DNA of 64,000 nt from Ascidiella aspersa. Taxonomy: Eukaryota. Shown here piece after piece: positions 1-11,474 of this stretch. Position 1 is the first letter of the stretch, and every line of letters starts with the position of its first letter. The stretch lies in NCBI GenBank assembly GCA_963924565.1, contig OZ004607.1, positions 33,480,001 to 33,544,000 on the forward strand, given 5' to 3'. A program made the translations under genes and the position numbers. The notes under the pieces were generated by a model. That model was given only the letters and a program-made list of their open reading frames with translations. It did no database searches and was not told the origin of the DNA.

Positions 1-441
1 AAAATCGGAGAAAGCCAGGGAGACCTTGATTTTTCCGTAGACACCAGTGAAGGAAGATTGGTCCTTTGCAAAAATTATTATCACCAAGCCGTTTCCGAAA
101 AGCACTCCCAGTCCAACCAAGACTACAATAGCTCCAAAGATGGCGGCTCCAACCATACTGCATTCATCGCATTGCTTGATTGGAGTGTACATGCACATCT
201 GTACCGCTCTGTTTTCACAGAAGGGCAAAAATATTGCCATTCCGATGCTGTCATCCTCCGTGGTGCTTTCAAGGGAAGAGTTACTGGGTTTGCCTGTTCC
301 ACTGATTTCACTTGCAGTTGTATCTTGATTTATAGATGACAAAGTTGTGTCTATAGGAGTAACTCCGACAGATGTTTGCTGTCCGAGACTTGGAAACAAA
401 ATCTGTGCCATGATCATGAAAACAGCGACCCATTTTTCCAT
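1..441 (-). CDS. Orphan class A GPCR paralog G0, exon 1 (gene continues off the left edge)
   Basis: ATG at 441 with an open frame to base 1: MEKWVAVFMIMAQILFPSLGQQ...IFLPFCENRAVQMCMYTPIKQCDECSM...GNGLVIIIFAKDQSSFTGVYGKIKVSLAFSDF. It has a signal peptide, the Cys motif, TM1 GNxLV and TM2 SLAxSD, and is homologous to exon 1 of genes A-E. Confidence 0.9.
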   Translation of the reverse strand, partial: MEKWVAVFMIMAQILFPSLGQQTSVGVTPIDTTLSSINQDTTASEISGTGKPSNSSLESTTEDDSIGMAIFLPFCENRAVQMCMYTPIKQCDECSMVGAAIFGAIVVLVGLGVLFGNGLVIIIFAKDQSSFTGVYGKIKVSLAFSDF

Positions 442-2210
442 ATTTATGAACATTGCTAATTACCTGAAACAACATAAAAATGCATGTAGTGTACGCTAAA
501 TACACATTAAGTGCACTTAGCCTGACGTATATTGCCGACAGGTTTTATATAGTGTTGTGGTCATGATTAGCAATACACATAATGTACCTATAATGATTTA
601 TGTTGTTAGTCTACAGATACACGGCATGTACGCATATTGAAATTTATACATTTGACTATACGTCAAGAACAATGCTATACATTATCAAATCTAACTCGCC
701 CCTTAAGCTTACTTAAATATAGTTGTAGCAAGTTTAAATACTGTGAGTTTATCAACGTTTTGAACGTTATTTGGGTTTCTAACGCCTTCTATTTCATTTA
801 AAGCTTAATTATTCTTTTCGAACATAACAAAGTTTGACTATACCCAAAATAAATCCGCATCAGAGCTAAGCCCTTTCTAGTAAACCAAGTTCAACCAACT
901 CATGCCATACTCGAGAAACAACTTTCGATTCTACCGGACCTTTTTCACCTGACCAATTATACTGCTGCTGCCAGACTTTGCGTCAATTGTGAAAATGTTC
1001 TTTCGCCAAAATTTATTAAAGTGAACGTTTCGACTACCTGTTCGGCGAAAATTAATATACCAGACAAACTAAAAAGGTTTACATGCAACAGGACATACGG
1101 TCTGCTTCACTATAAACGCTACGAAGTTTCTGCGGATACAAGAATGACGATGTTCATGTTTTCGACCAGCACTGAGCTACATCCGCTGTTGCAGAAAGGA
1201 AACAGAGGTAATCAATATTCCTTGGTGACTGAGGTCCTAGTTGACGTTGTCTGCGCTTGGCAAATTTTGTTGCATTGAAGAGCACGTACCAGCAAATCGT
1301 ATTTCCCCATTTTAAAGCCCAATTTGTCACCTTATAGTTCAGTATTTCGCAACCCTGTGGCGACCGAAATACTAATCATAGACCTAATTCAATTTTGACT
1401 GAAATTTTAGGTGAACCATACACATATAAGACAACTGTATGAAACAGTTATAAAACAACTGTATGAAACCGAAATAAATTAACATGAGCCATATCTTCCA
1501 ATTCTCCCCATGGTTTGGATCAGGTTAAGAACCAATCTTAATAAATCTAACCATATAAACTACAGTCGGCAACCTAACCAAATCAAAGCACCACCCAAAC
1601 TTATTTGACTATTTGTTTAATAAATTTAAACATGGCTCATAATCAATCGATATCGAGCAATTAAAAGTATTCCTGAAATGTTTTCTAGACAAGTCTCTTT
1701 GTTCTTAAAAGTAAGCTTTGGACGAAACTAATGCTGTTTTAACCGACTAAAAAGTTTTAGGAGACGAAAACACCGTTCCCTCTTTCAGACGGTCTTCTTA
1801 AAAAAAGGGAAAATACAGTCAAACGACACAAAGTGTGACAGTTTGAACAACACAAACGACTGCTTAAGAAAACATATATCATCAGATCTTGTCAAATTCG
1901 CATTTGTTTAGGCTAGCTAAAATCTATGGCTCGTTTAATTTTGCATTTTATTCCAGTTACGGCCTTTCAATATAAGTACACATGCAAACTCAAGGGTGTG
2001 TACATAATGTAGAACTTTTAAATAATGGCTAATAAACTAAGTAAGCAAATCCTCCTAAGTTGCACACTTAACATTTTATCATTTATTAATTATAACAACT
2101 GAAATATTAGTGAGTATTCAAACTGAGGCATGGAATCCACATGTGTAGCCTATATATACAATCAGCCCTGCCAAAGCAGTACTGAACAACGATCACGCCA
2201 TACTCATAAC

Positions 2211-2806
2211 CAGGGAGTCGAACCGGAACCGAACCGGAACTTTATTAACCGGTTTTGGGTAAATTTTTTCCGAACCGTAACCGAACCTGAACCGTTTTTT
2301 ATAGGATTTTAAGGAGCCGAACCGGAACTGAACCGAATAATTTGAAAGTACCTGAACCTTAACCGAACCCGAACCTGTAAACAAAAGCGGTTCGCTCCAG
2401 CATGACGTCACAACTTCTATTTTAGAGAGTCAAGTTACGCCATGTTCGAAATTTTATGAAAAAAAATACGAATATTGAATGAAAAAATTGTTGATTGTTT
2501 ATTTTTTAGATATTTACATAATGAGTTGCTGTTTTTTTTAATAAGTCACGTAACTTAGTTTAAATGACTTCCAATTCAAAGATTATTCTCTACATTTATC
2601 GACCCACATTTTGAGATTTAACGCAAATTATATTGTATCTGAACCGGAACTTTATGAACCGGTTTTGAAATAGCGATGGTCGAACCAGAGCTAAACCGGA
2701 ACTTTTAAATTCCTCCGAACCGAAACCGGAACTGAACCGGATTCCGAAAAAATCCTTGAACCAGAACCGAACCTGAACCGGAAAAGTCAAACGGTTCGAC
2801 TCCCTG
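2211..2806. mobile_element. hAT-type MITE with GAACCG subterminal repeats
   Basis: TIR cagggagtcgaaccg/cggttcgactccctg and 8-bp TSD ctcataac/ctcatacc. The empty site is present in the duplicate unit at about 11159. Confidence 0.9.
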
Positions 2807-3743
2807 CTCATACCAATAAACCAGGAGGCTTATAAAACATGTTTTATTCGATTGAAGTAATCATGATCAAGACATCTAGTGTGCGGTGAGGCTTGAACTC
2901 TTGTTTTTACAAAGTTGAAAACGCTTGTACAAAATTACGCAACTCATACCTTTTGTATTCTTTACATTGAAACCAACAAGAAATATCTGCATAAAGAGCC
3001 AGCCACAACCCGACAAAACTCAATTTACTAGATCACTTTATAAATATTTAAAGCTAGCTAAAATTGCATGTAATAGATGTGTTAAGCACTAATTTGGTAG
3101 TTGCAAAGAATAGCATCATGTTTCAGTGAGTTGAATTTAAAGGGGTTCGCAGAGATATTTTGCTCCTTCTTTTTTTCTGGCTTGACGTTGAAACTCGCCT
3201 CTTCTCTTTTTCTTTTAGATGGAAAAACTTTCGGAGAAGTTCTCGCGACGCTTTTCGAAACTTCTTGTCCATTACACTGTAAACCAGCACGTTGACTATG
3301 CTGAAGGAAAACAAAAAATTAGAACAATCAAGATTAATTGAACACTGTTTTGCAAGTTCGATCTATATCGTCAACCCTTTCATTAAATTAACCAATGAAC
3401 TATTTACAAGTATTATTGAACTGACGAAATACTTGGCCTATAAACATTAAGTAAAACAGCTTTCTAATGTAAGTAGATTACAGCCCATTTAACGTCAACA
3501 TGACTAAAGTATATAATTAGATGTGACAATTATACGATAATTAGATTTGAGAAAATGGAACTTAGACAATTGCAATTGTTACAAGTAGCAGTATTTTTAT
3601 TCTTAATATGAACTAGAACCAAGAAGTGGACTCTATTATTTACAACTTTAAACTTCCTTTGTAAGGTCAGCAATATGGAAGGTACGGTAGTTTATCCTAT
3701 GCAGTTTGGTATGCACTTTATATAATGAAATTACAATTTGATT

Positions 3744-3954
3744 AATGGTGAAAATAACGGCCCAAATAGACGTAAAAAGCGACATGCTTTATTGTTCAAA
3801 CGTTTCGGCAGATGCCCATGCCATCATTAGTGATATGAAGGCCACAACAGTTACACCTTGGTGGCATCCTTTATGCGTTTGAACAATAAAGCATGTCGCT
3901 TTTTTTCACCATTAAACTTACGAACAGATCCGTATATAGTTTTGCAATTTAGTG
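3744..3954 (-). mobile_element. Penelope-like pLTR-derived fold-back insert (copy in gene A intron 5)
   Basis: 13-bp TSD ttacaatttgatt (3731-3743 and 3955-3967), an internal inverted repeat and a hammerhead-like motif with a mutated core. Absent from gene E. Confidence 0.7.
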
Positions 3955-4308
3955 TTACAATTTGATTGTTGTCAGTAAACCAAAACTTTGACAGTTCGTC
4001 TGTATTGGTTCACCAAACCTTCTTTCAAACCATTAATATTACAAAATGGTTTTAACGCCCTAGATAAGCCCTTATAGCTACAAGCTATTTAGTGTTACTT
4101 TACTAAGCTTACCCGTTTGTTAAGGCTAGGTAGTAGCACATGGTGAAGGCAAGCTGAAACTTGGGTAAATGAGTATATCTATGCCATGACAAGAAAACTG
4201 CAATCACGTATGGACCTAAAACAGAGGTATGAATTTAAACGAGTTAGTATAGCTACAAAGTAAAGTCACTCTAGTGATAACTAACAACGAGAGTGTCATA
4301 CGCTAAAA

Positions 4309-5338
4309 CAGAGAGGCAGGCAACTTCTCCAGTCCGCGGGCCTGATATGGGAAACTGAAGTACTTGTCGGGCCGGATTCTGATCGATATATTATTATTAA
4401 TTGTACTGCCATGGCCCGTTTTGTCGCATAATGGTGGCTATTGTTCTACTCTTTGAACACTGCAACACTTCCATTGTCCTGTCAACAACTAATTTTTTTT
4501 CTTGCCGACTTGAAAAAGTACTTCGGTATCCAATCGTTCATAAACTTTACGTTTCTCGGCAAAATACAAGGAATAATATTGATGTAAACTCTAAATTTAA
4601 ATATGGAACACACAATAAGACCTAAAAAATCAATAATACCATAGTTTTAACCAACGACACAATAAAGCCAAACACGCAGTAATACCTACGACAGAATAAT
4701 AACTATATCTAAATAAGACACAAATCTGTCGGAATAAGTCCTAAATTCTAAGGCCTATATGACCAAAACCACGCCTGAAGCTGTAGGGAGAGGGTATGGG
4801 ACGATGGCGGCCATGACATTGGCCGCTTTGGTGTTGAATTTTGGGCGCCCTGGTTTGAAGCCGCTGTTATGGCACCTGATTTTCTGGCCCTATTGGGGGT
4901 TATTGGTAGCTGGTGGGTAATGGTGGAGTTGGTGATTTACTTCGGGGTGAGGTTTGGGGTTAGGTAAAATGTTTTATAGGCATGATTCTGGTCATTTAAG
5001 TCTTATTCCGATGGGTTTATGACTTATTCCGATTTAGACGGTATTACGACTATTTGATATTAGTCCTATTTTGGTCTTATTCCGTACTGTGTGTTAGTTT
5101 TATTTCCGAACTGTGTGATATTTATGTTGCTTTTATTTCGAACTTACGGCTGGAAATCTCTAATTTTAACCCAAAACAGAAACTAAAGAATAACTAACAA
5201 TCACTATTATTTGACGTAGTAAGATAGGAATTTTTGATTGCGGTAGACTGTGGCCGCGGGCAACATTATCATGTAAAACCGGAAACTGTCTGCGGGCCGC
5301 TCAAAATCCTGTCGAGGGTCGTATGTTGCCCGCCCCTG
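4309..5338. mobile_element. Non-autonomous hAT element with nested fold-back MITE (gene A intron 4)
   Basis: 8-bp TSD cgctaaaa at 4301-4308 and 5339-5346, with ends cagagaggcaggcaac and gttgcccgcccctg. Absent at the equivalent site in E. Confidence 0.85.
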
Positions 5339-6394
5339 CGCTAAAAGATTGGGGTCAGTACAATAAACCTAATAAGAGTAACAATACAAGTCCGATTGTG
5401 GGGTATTATTAACACCGATTCGATGACAATTTGATATCGGCGTTTTTATCATTGTTATTTTTCAGAAAATACTGCAGTATTTGTGCATTTGGAGGTAACT
5501 AAATATTTTAACAATAGGGTGCGACTTCCTTTGTTTCAATCACTATGACTTCCTTTGTTTCAATCAACCGTTTTTTCTTTTTGATGAATATTTTCTTTAT
5601 AAATCAATGATGTTATTAGCGTTAGATTAGACAGAACTAACTTAAACCCAAAACACCGGAATCGTTGTTGAAATAACATACCCTGTAGCCTATCTGGCAT
5701 TCTTAGTAAGAACATTTTCTAGTAAGTACACATTCAGACAGGCACGTTTTGAAACACACACCAGCAACGATATATTAACAAAACGTTTTGAAACACACAC
5801 CAGCAACAATATATTAACAAATTGTTGCATAAAAATATGTCCAACCTGTAGTGATGGTTAATCCCAGGAGCATAAAAACCAACGTGAAATATATCATGAT
5901 TTCCCGTTTCTTCCAATCTCGGTTACCCGAAGCAAACCGTTTGCGGTAAAGACAAATGCCAGTGACCAGGGTATAAATTACCTGAGACATAAAAACAACA
6001 TTGAGAACAGATTTTCTTCTGTATACTTTACACTAAAATGCGGTGATGCAAAAAAGTAACATGGCGAAACTCGACAATTAGTTGTTATATGTATACGCTT
6101 TTGCTATAGGCACTGGAAAAACATGGAGGAGTTTTCTTTAATTTTGTTTAGTCGTTTTGTTTAGCCGCAAAGCACTTAGGAAAGGAGCGATAACTAAGGA
6201 CCCATAATGTCAAACAAATTTCAGCTGTTGTACTTAATTATATTTGTGTTCTTCGGCAATTGTAGGTAACAATATTTGCATATCGAGTTTTGTTTTTTCA
6301 TAAAAGCTGTATACGTATATCACATGACTGCTTTATCAAAGTTTAAACATCTGAAGCAGACTTGGAAAAGTAGATTGTTTTAGCTTTTTATAAT

Positions 6395-6850
6395 AAGATT
6401 AGAATTAAAATTACATCATTTCAGTTTTTCTATAGACTAAACTTAGAAATAGATCATTTTAGTTTTTCCAAATAGATTAGATTTAGAAAAAGATCATATT
6501 AATTTTCTCAAATTAGATTCGAAAAATTAGAATTACAGAATTCTTTAAAAAACGAATTTCCACTAGAATTACATAAAATTATTCATTTAAATCGCAAATT
6601 ATTCTAAAATGAATGTTAATGGTAAATATGTGTGTCCCAAATGTTATGCCTTTCAGCATAACATATGCTTTTCAGTCTGTAAAAATTACCTACATTTTAA
6701 TTCAGATTCTTTGTTATGACTGAGAGACTCAAAATGGCCGTTGGACAAAGTAGTATTTTTGATCAAATGCGAATTAGATTAGGACTACAATTAAACGAAT
6801 TTAGAACTAGAATTAAACGAATTTAGCTCTAACTCATTGAATTAGAGAAC
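6395..6850. repeat. Interspersed repeat with many (A)TTAGA subrepeats in intron 3 (also about 14755-15190 and 43245-43665)
   Basis: Dense attaga/ttagaa motifs. Boundaries are approximate and no TSD was resolved. Confidence 0.45.
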
Positions 6851-9800
6851 TAATATTATCCAGTTGTACATGTCTGATTTTGGGTCCTACAGCTTTTTAG
6901 AACTTAACACTTCTTACCATCATTGTATAGGGGACGACAGCCACGAATGAAAATAATATCGTAATATAATAGTAGTTGCTGCCTGCAGTGTAGAGGAATG
7001 TGGGACAATCGTACATGTATATCACTTTTCGATCGGTCAACACTGTAAATACGTTTCAAATTAAGTTTATTGACTTACATAAGCATGACACTTTTAAATA
7101 TTTTGAACAACAAATGACGCATTATGTATTGAACTTCCATTATATATTTTTTTGATATCAAATCGGTTCGGTACCACATATTGTGCACTATAGTGACTAG
7201 CAGGCCAGAGCTTCATGGATTTTTACCATTGATTTTGTACATTTTTTTATTTAGTAAACATGGCAAAAGCAAAATTCGGAATAAAAGACAGTTAGGAAAA
7301 GGCGTAAGGAGTTAAACCTAATAGTCGTCATAATGACGAAATCGGATTTAAACCAAATGGCCAAAATAAGGCCTATACAACCTTTTATCTAACCCAAAAC
7401 ACCATCCATAACTATCAATAACTTCCAGAATATGTTCAACCCTAACCCAATTGCTAACACCACCAACTACCCGCCCATAAGCCCAAACAGGGGAAAAAAT
7501 CCGGGGCCAAAACAGCGGCGCGCAAAGGCCACAGCAAAAAACAGGGTATCCTCCAATCATTCCATATCCTTTCGCTACAGTCCTGGGCTTAATTTTGTCC
7601 ATTTACGTCTAATTCCGATTAATTTTGGGCTTAATTTGACATGTTTAGATCTTATTTAGTCTATTTTAGATTATACTCTGTCGTGGTCATTATAGTCTAC
7701 TGCGAATTTGGTGTTGTTATGTCGGTAGTCTAAGTACTATTATAGATTATTATCTGACTTAGATGCTGTTGCTTTGTAGGTCTTATTGTGTTTTCTACTT
7801 AAAAGTACTGTGGAATCAATGAGCTAAGTTTAACAGAAACGTATAAATATATGTTGTATATATTATTTTTTTCCCTTTTGCTTACGGCGCACCTGGCAGC
7901 CTTCCATGGCGCACCAGAAAGAAGTGCTGCATTAGATTAACAACTGGAGGTAACCAAATTTCGTAACGTTAATAAACATTATATCTCAATAACCTGAGTT
8001 ATAACGACCTTTTAAAGTTTCAATTTTATCTATTTTGCCTGTTGAGCATTGTATAAGGTCATTTATGAGATCGGATTGGCATTGTTTTTGTGCGAAATAT
8101 CGGGTATCGACATCGCAGTAAAATGACAAATATTAAAGGTCCCTGGTTTAAATTAACCAATTGTTTGTAACTTACCCGGAGCTATCGCAACTAGAAACGA
8201 TGCAAACCATGCAAGTGCAATGCCCAGGCCCACAGTTATTGGACTTTGTAGTCGGTATCTCATTGGAAATGCAACGGCGTAGAGACGCTGTTGTGCTAGT
8301 AGCACAAGGTGATAGAATGATGCTGTGTAAATAAAGATGTGGAAAAATCCGGCCCCAAAAGACCCCGGTGTTCCTTGGGAACGCCAGAGTTTCTGAAAGA
8401 TCTCGTAGCTCGTTTGATTCAGGCTTTCAACATAGTTTGGAAATATTATACCAAGAAACAGAACACCTGCGAAAACGATAAATTCAAAATGAAAATGCAT
8501 GTTAAAAAATTTCGTAAAAGTGCATATTAGTAGTAGACTTAGCTTTATCTTTAAAATAATGTTATTTCCATTCTAAAACGTTGTTTCTTATTATGGTTTC
8601 TTATAGTTTGAAAATATTATAAGAATAGAACACCCGCTAAAAAGATAAGTTTAAATTTAAAATGCATGTCTTTTGTAAATAGTCTTTGCCATGTTTATTT
8701 TGATATTCTCAGGCATTAGTTGATATGTTAAGCAAAACGGCTACTTGGATTTGAAACAAAATAACTCACCCGCCAAAATGTCGGAAACTGCCAATGAGAC
8801 CTTGATTTTACCGTAGGTGCCATTAAAGGAAGATCTATTCCTTGCAAAGATCCAAATCACCAATGCGTTGCCGAATAGCGCTCCTAGTCCAAGTAAGACG
8901 ACGGCAAACCCGAAAAAACCCGCAGCCGCCATACTGCAATACTTGCATTGCTTAATTGGCGTCTTAGTACAGGATTGCTTTGCTTCCTTCTGACAAAAAG
9001 GTAAGAAAATTGCAATATGTAAACGGCTCTTGTGCCGTCTAGGAATCGTTGAAAGCTTGGAATCGTTGAATCCATTGATCTTAAATGCAGATATATCAAC
9101 GAAGTAAGTCTCGTTTAGGCCCGGCAGGATCAGGGCATAATCAGCATCTGTTGTTGCTTGCGAATCTTGCAGCGATGCGTTCAATGAGACAACTTTGCTT
9201 GATGTCTCATGCTGCCCCAAGGTTCAAAACAGCGCCTGGGCTATTATTGGTAAAACCGCAAAGATTTTATACATCAGAATGTTTCAGTGATACTACCATT
9301 TATTGCGTATAAGAGCTATACTCAATAATTAGGGAAGAACCTGTAACATTATTTTGGAATAAAATATGTTGTTACTTTGTGCTTTCAGGTACTTCATAAA
9401 TGGACTATCTTGTCGACCAATAGCTTGACAAGTCGTCAATTAACTCTGAGCTGTAAGGCATAACATTTTTGCATAGCATTTTCGTTTTACGTTTGTCTAA
9501 ACTGAATTCTACATTTTATTGTTGATGCAAATCCAGTTACGCACGACATGAAAATAGTAGCACATGAGTGTATGACATACTTCCGATAAAAGGGTAGGAT
9601 ATATCAATCTTAAAATGTTTTTTAAAGGTAACGTCCGTGAATAAATTTTATATTAAACAAACGTTTAATTGTGAGATTTAGTTGACGTACGTCTTTAGCC
9701 TTCTGTACGTTTTCCGCCTTCATTAACTAAATGGACTTCCCTTTCTTGTCGACTTTAGTTTGATAAATCGTCAATCCCCTACGAGCTATAAAGGCGTACA

Positions 9801-11474
9801 TTTTATTCGATTTTAACCAACGTTTTCACGTGCAACTTTAGTTACCCTTTGTCGTATATCTCATCACACGGCATTCTATATCTTGTGACTTTGTAGCTGC
9901 AAAATCCAGTTACACACGACTGAAAAAGTTACCCCGCGATTGTTTTAAACTGAACGGCACGACTTCTTCTAGTAGCACACCTTTCTGTAAATCCTACTAT
10001 ACTGCTATGCTATTTTATGAAAATCTCCTATCATCGTCAAATGACACAACCTAAGGCGATCAATTTTGGAAGGGGCACATTTTAAGAAAGACTCTTTCAA
10101 CACATAATACTTTCCTGTGACCACTTCACACGTGGCCACGGTAGAAACATGACCACAGTATTTACATGCGCTGGCAACGATACATCCGCTTTGTTAGGGA
10201 GGATAAGGCGACCATTAATCTTCCTAGTTTATACGGCCTTGTTTTGCCTTGCTGCAGTTGGCTTTGAGTTGTTATGCTTTGGGGAGGCCAAATCCCGTAT
10301 AAACAGCATTACAATTTCTGCTAAAACAATAAATATGACTATCATAAATTTATTAAAACGGTTATGGCTACTTGGAAACCATACACACATAAGACAACTG
10401 TATGAAAACAGTTCGAAATGAATTAACATGAGCCATGTCTTCCAATTCTCCCCATGGTTTTCTTAAGTTTTGGATGAGGTTAAGAAACAATCTCAATAAA
10501 TCTAACCATATAAACTACTGCAGTCGGCAACCTAACCAAATCAAACACCACCCAAACTTATTTGACTATTTGTTTAATAAATTTAAACATGGCTCATAAT
10601 CAATCGATATCGAGCAATTACAATTATTTCACAAATGTTTTCTAGACAAGTCTCTTTGTTCCTAAAAGTAAGCTTTGGACGAAACTAATGCTGTTTTAAA
10701 AGACTAAAAAGTTTTAGGAGACGAAAACACTGTTCCTTCTTTCAGTCTATCTTCTTAAAAAAAGGAAAAATACAGCCAAACGATACAAAGTGTGACAGTT
10801 TGAACAACACAAATGACTGCTAAGAAAACATATATCATCAGATCTTGTCAAATTCGCATTTGTTTGGGCTCGCTAAAATCTATGGCTCGTTTAATTTTGC
10901 ATTTTATTCCAGTTACGGCCTTTCAATATAAGTACACATGCAAACTCAAGGGTGTGTATATAATGTAGTACTTTTAAATAATGGCTAATAAACTAAGTAA
11001 GCAAATCCTCCTAAGTTGCACACTTAACATTTTATCATTAATTAATTATAACAACTGAAATATTAGTGAGTATTCAAACTGAGGCATGGAATCCACATGT
11101 GTAGCCTATATATACAATCAGCCCTGCCAAAGCAGTACTGAACAACGATCACGCCATACTCATAACAATAAACCAGGAGGCTTATAAAACATGTTTTATT
11201 CGATTTAAGTAATCATGATCAAGACATCTAGTGTGCGGTGAGGCTTGAACTCTTGTTTTTACAAAGTTGAAAACGCTTGTATAAAATTACGCAACTCATA
11301 CCTTTTGTATTCTTTACATTGAAACTAACAAGAAATATCTGCATAAAGAGCCAGCCACAACCCGACAAAACTCAATTTACTAGATCACTTTATAAATATT
11401 TAAAGGTAGCTAAAATTGCATGTAATAGATGTGTTAAGCACTAATTTGGTAGTTGCAAAGAATAGCATCATGTT

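Larger units (their letters stand above)
3123..9274 (-). pseudogene. Orphan class A GPCR paralog A, nonsense mutation at codon 17
   Basis: Exons 9274-8770, 8466-8176, 7042-6918, 5981-5846, 4215-4113, 3300-3123, all GT-AG with phases 1,1,0,1,2. Codon 17 is TGA (9226-9224) where B and E have GGA. The rest of the 445-codon frame is open. Confidence 0.85.
1414..10380 (+). repeat. Tandem segmental duplication, unit 1 (contains GPCR A)
   Basis: Collinear and nearly identical by eye to 10377-18683. Homology starts at aacc|atacac (1414) and the junction at 10377-10380 reads ggaaacc|atacac. Confidence 0.9.

Noticed and set aside
860-1278. Possible hAT transposase fragment or ORF 1021..1278
   Set aside because: Only a weak FLEYGMSWLNLV resemblance on the minus strand, with no catalytic motif or termini resolved.
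2130-2811. ORFs and GAACCG repeats that could suggest a repeat protein or CRISPR-like array
   Set aside because: They lie inside a TIR/TSD-bounded MITE. The repeats are short and irregular with no spacer structure, and the DNA is eukaryotic.
3101-3295. Repeated short ORFs such as MQRIASCF... (also 11453, 45565), MEKSGPKR..., MQIYQRSK... and 47..328
   Set aside because: They are antisense or off-frame shadows of GPCR exons and recur only because the exons are duplicated.
9224-9226. TGA as selenocysteine or a variant genetic code
   Set aside because: Paralogs have Gly here, not Cys or Trp, and TGA is the normal stop in genes A, C and E and MS4A-like 1.
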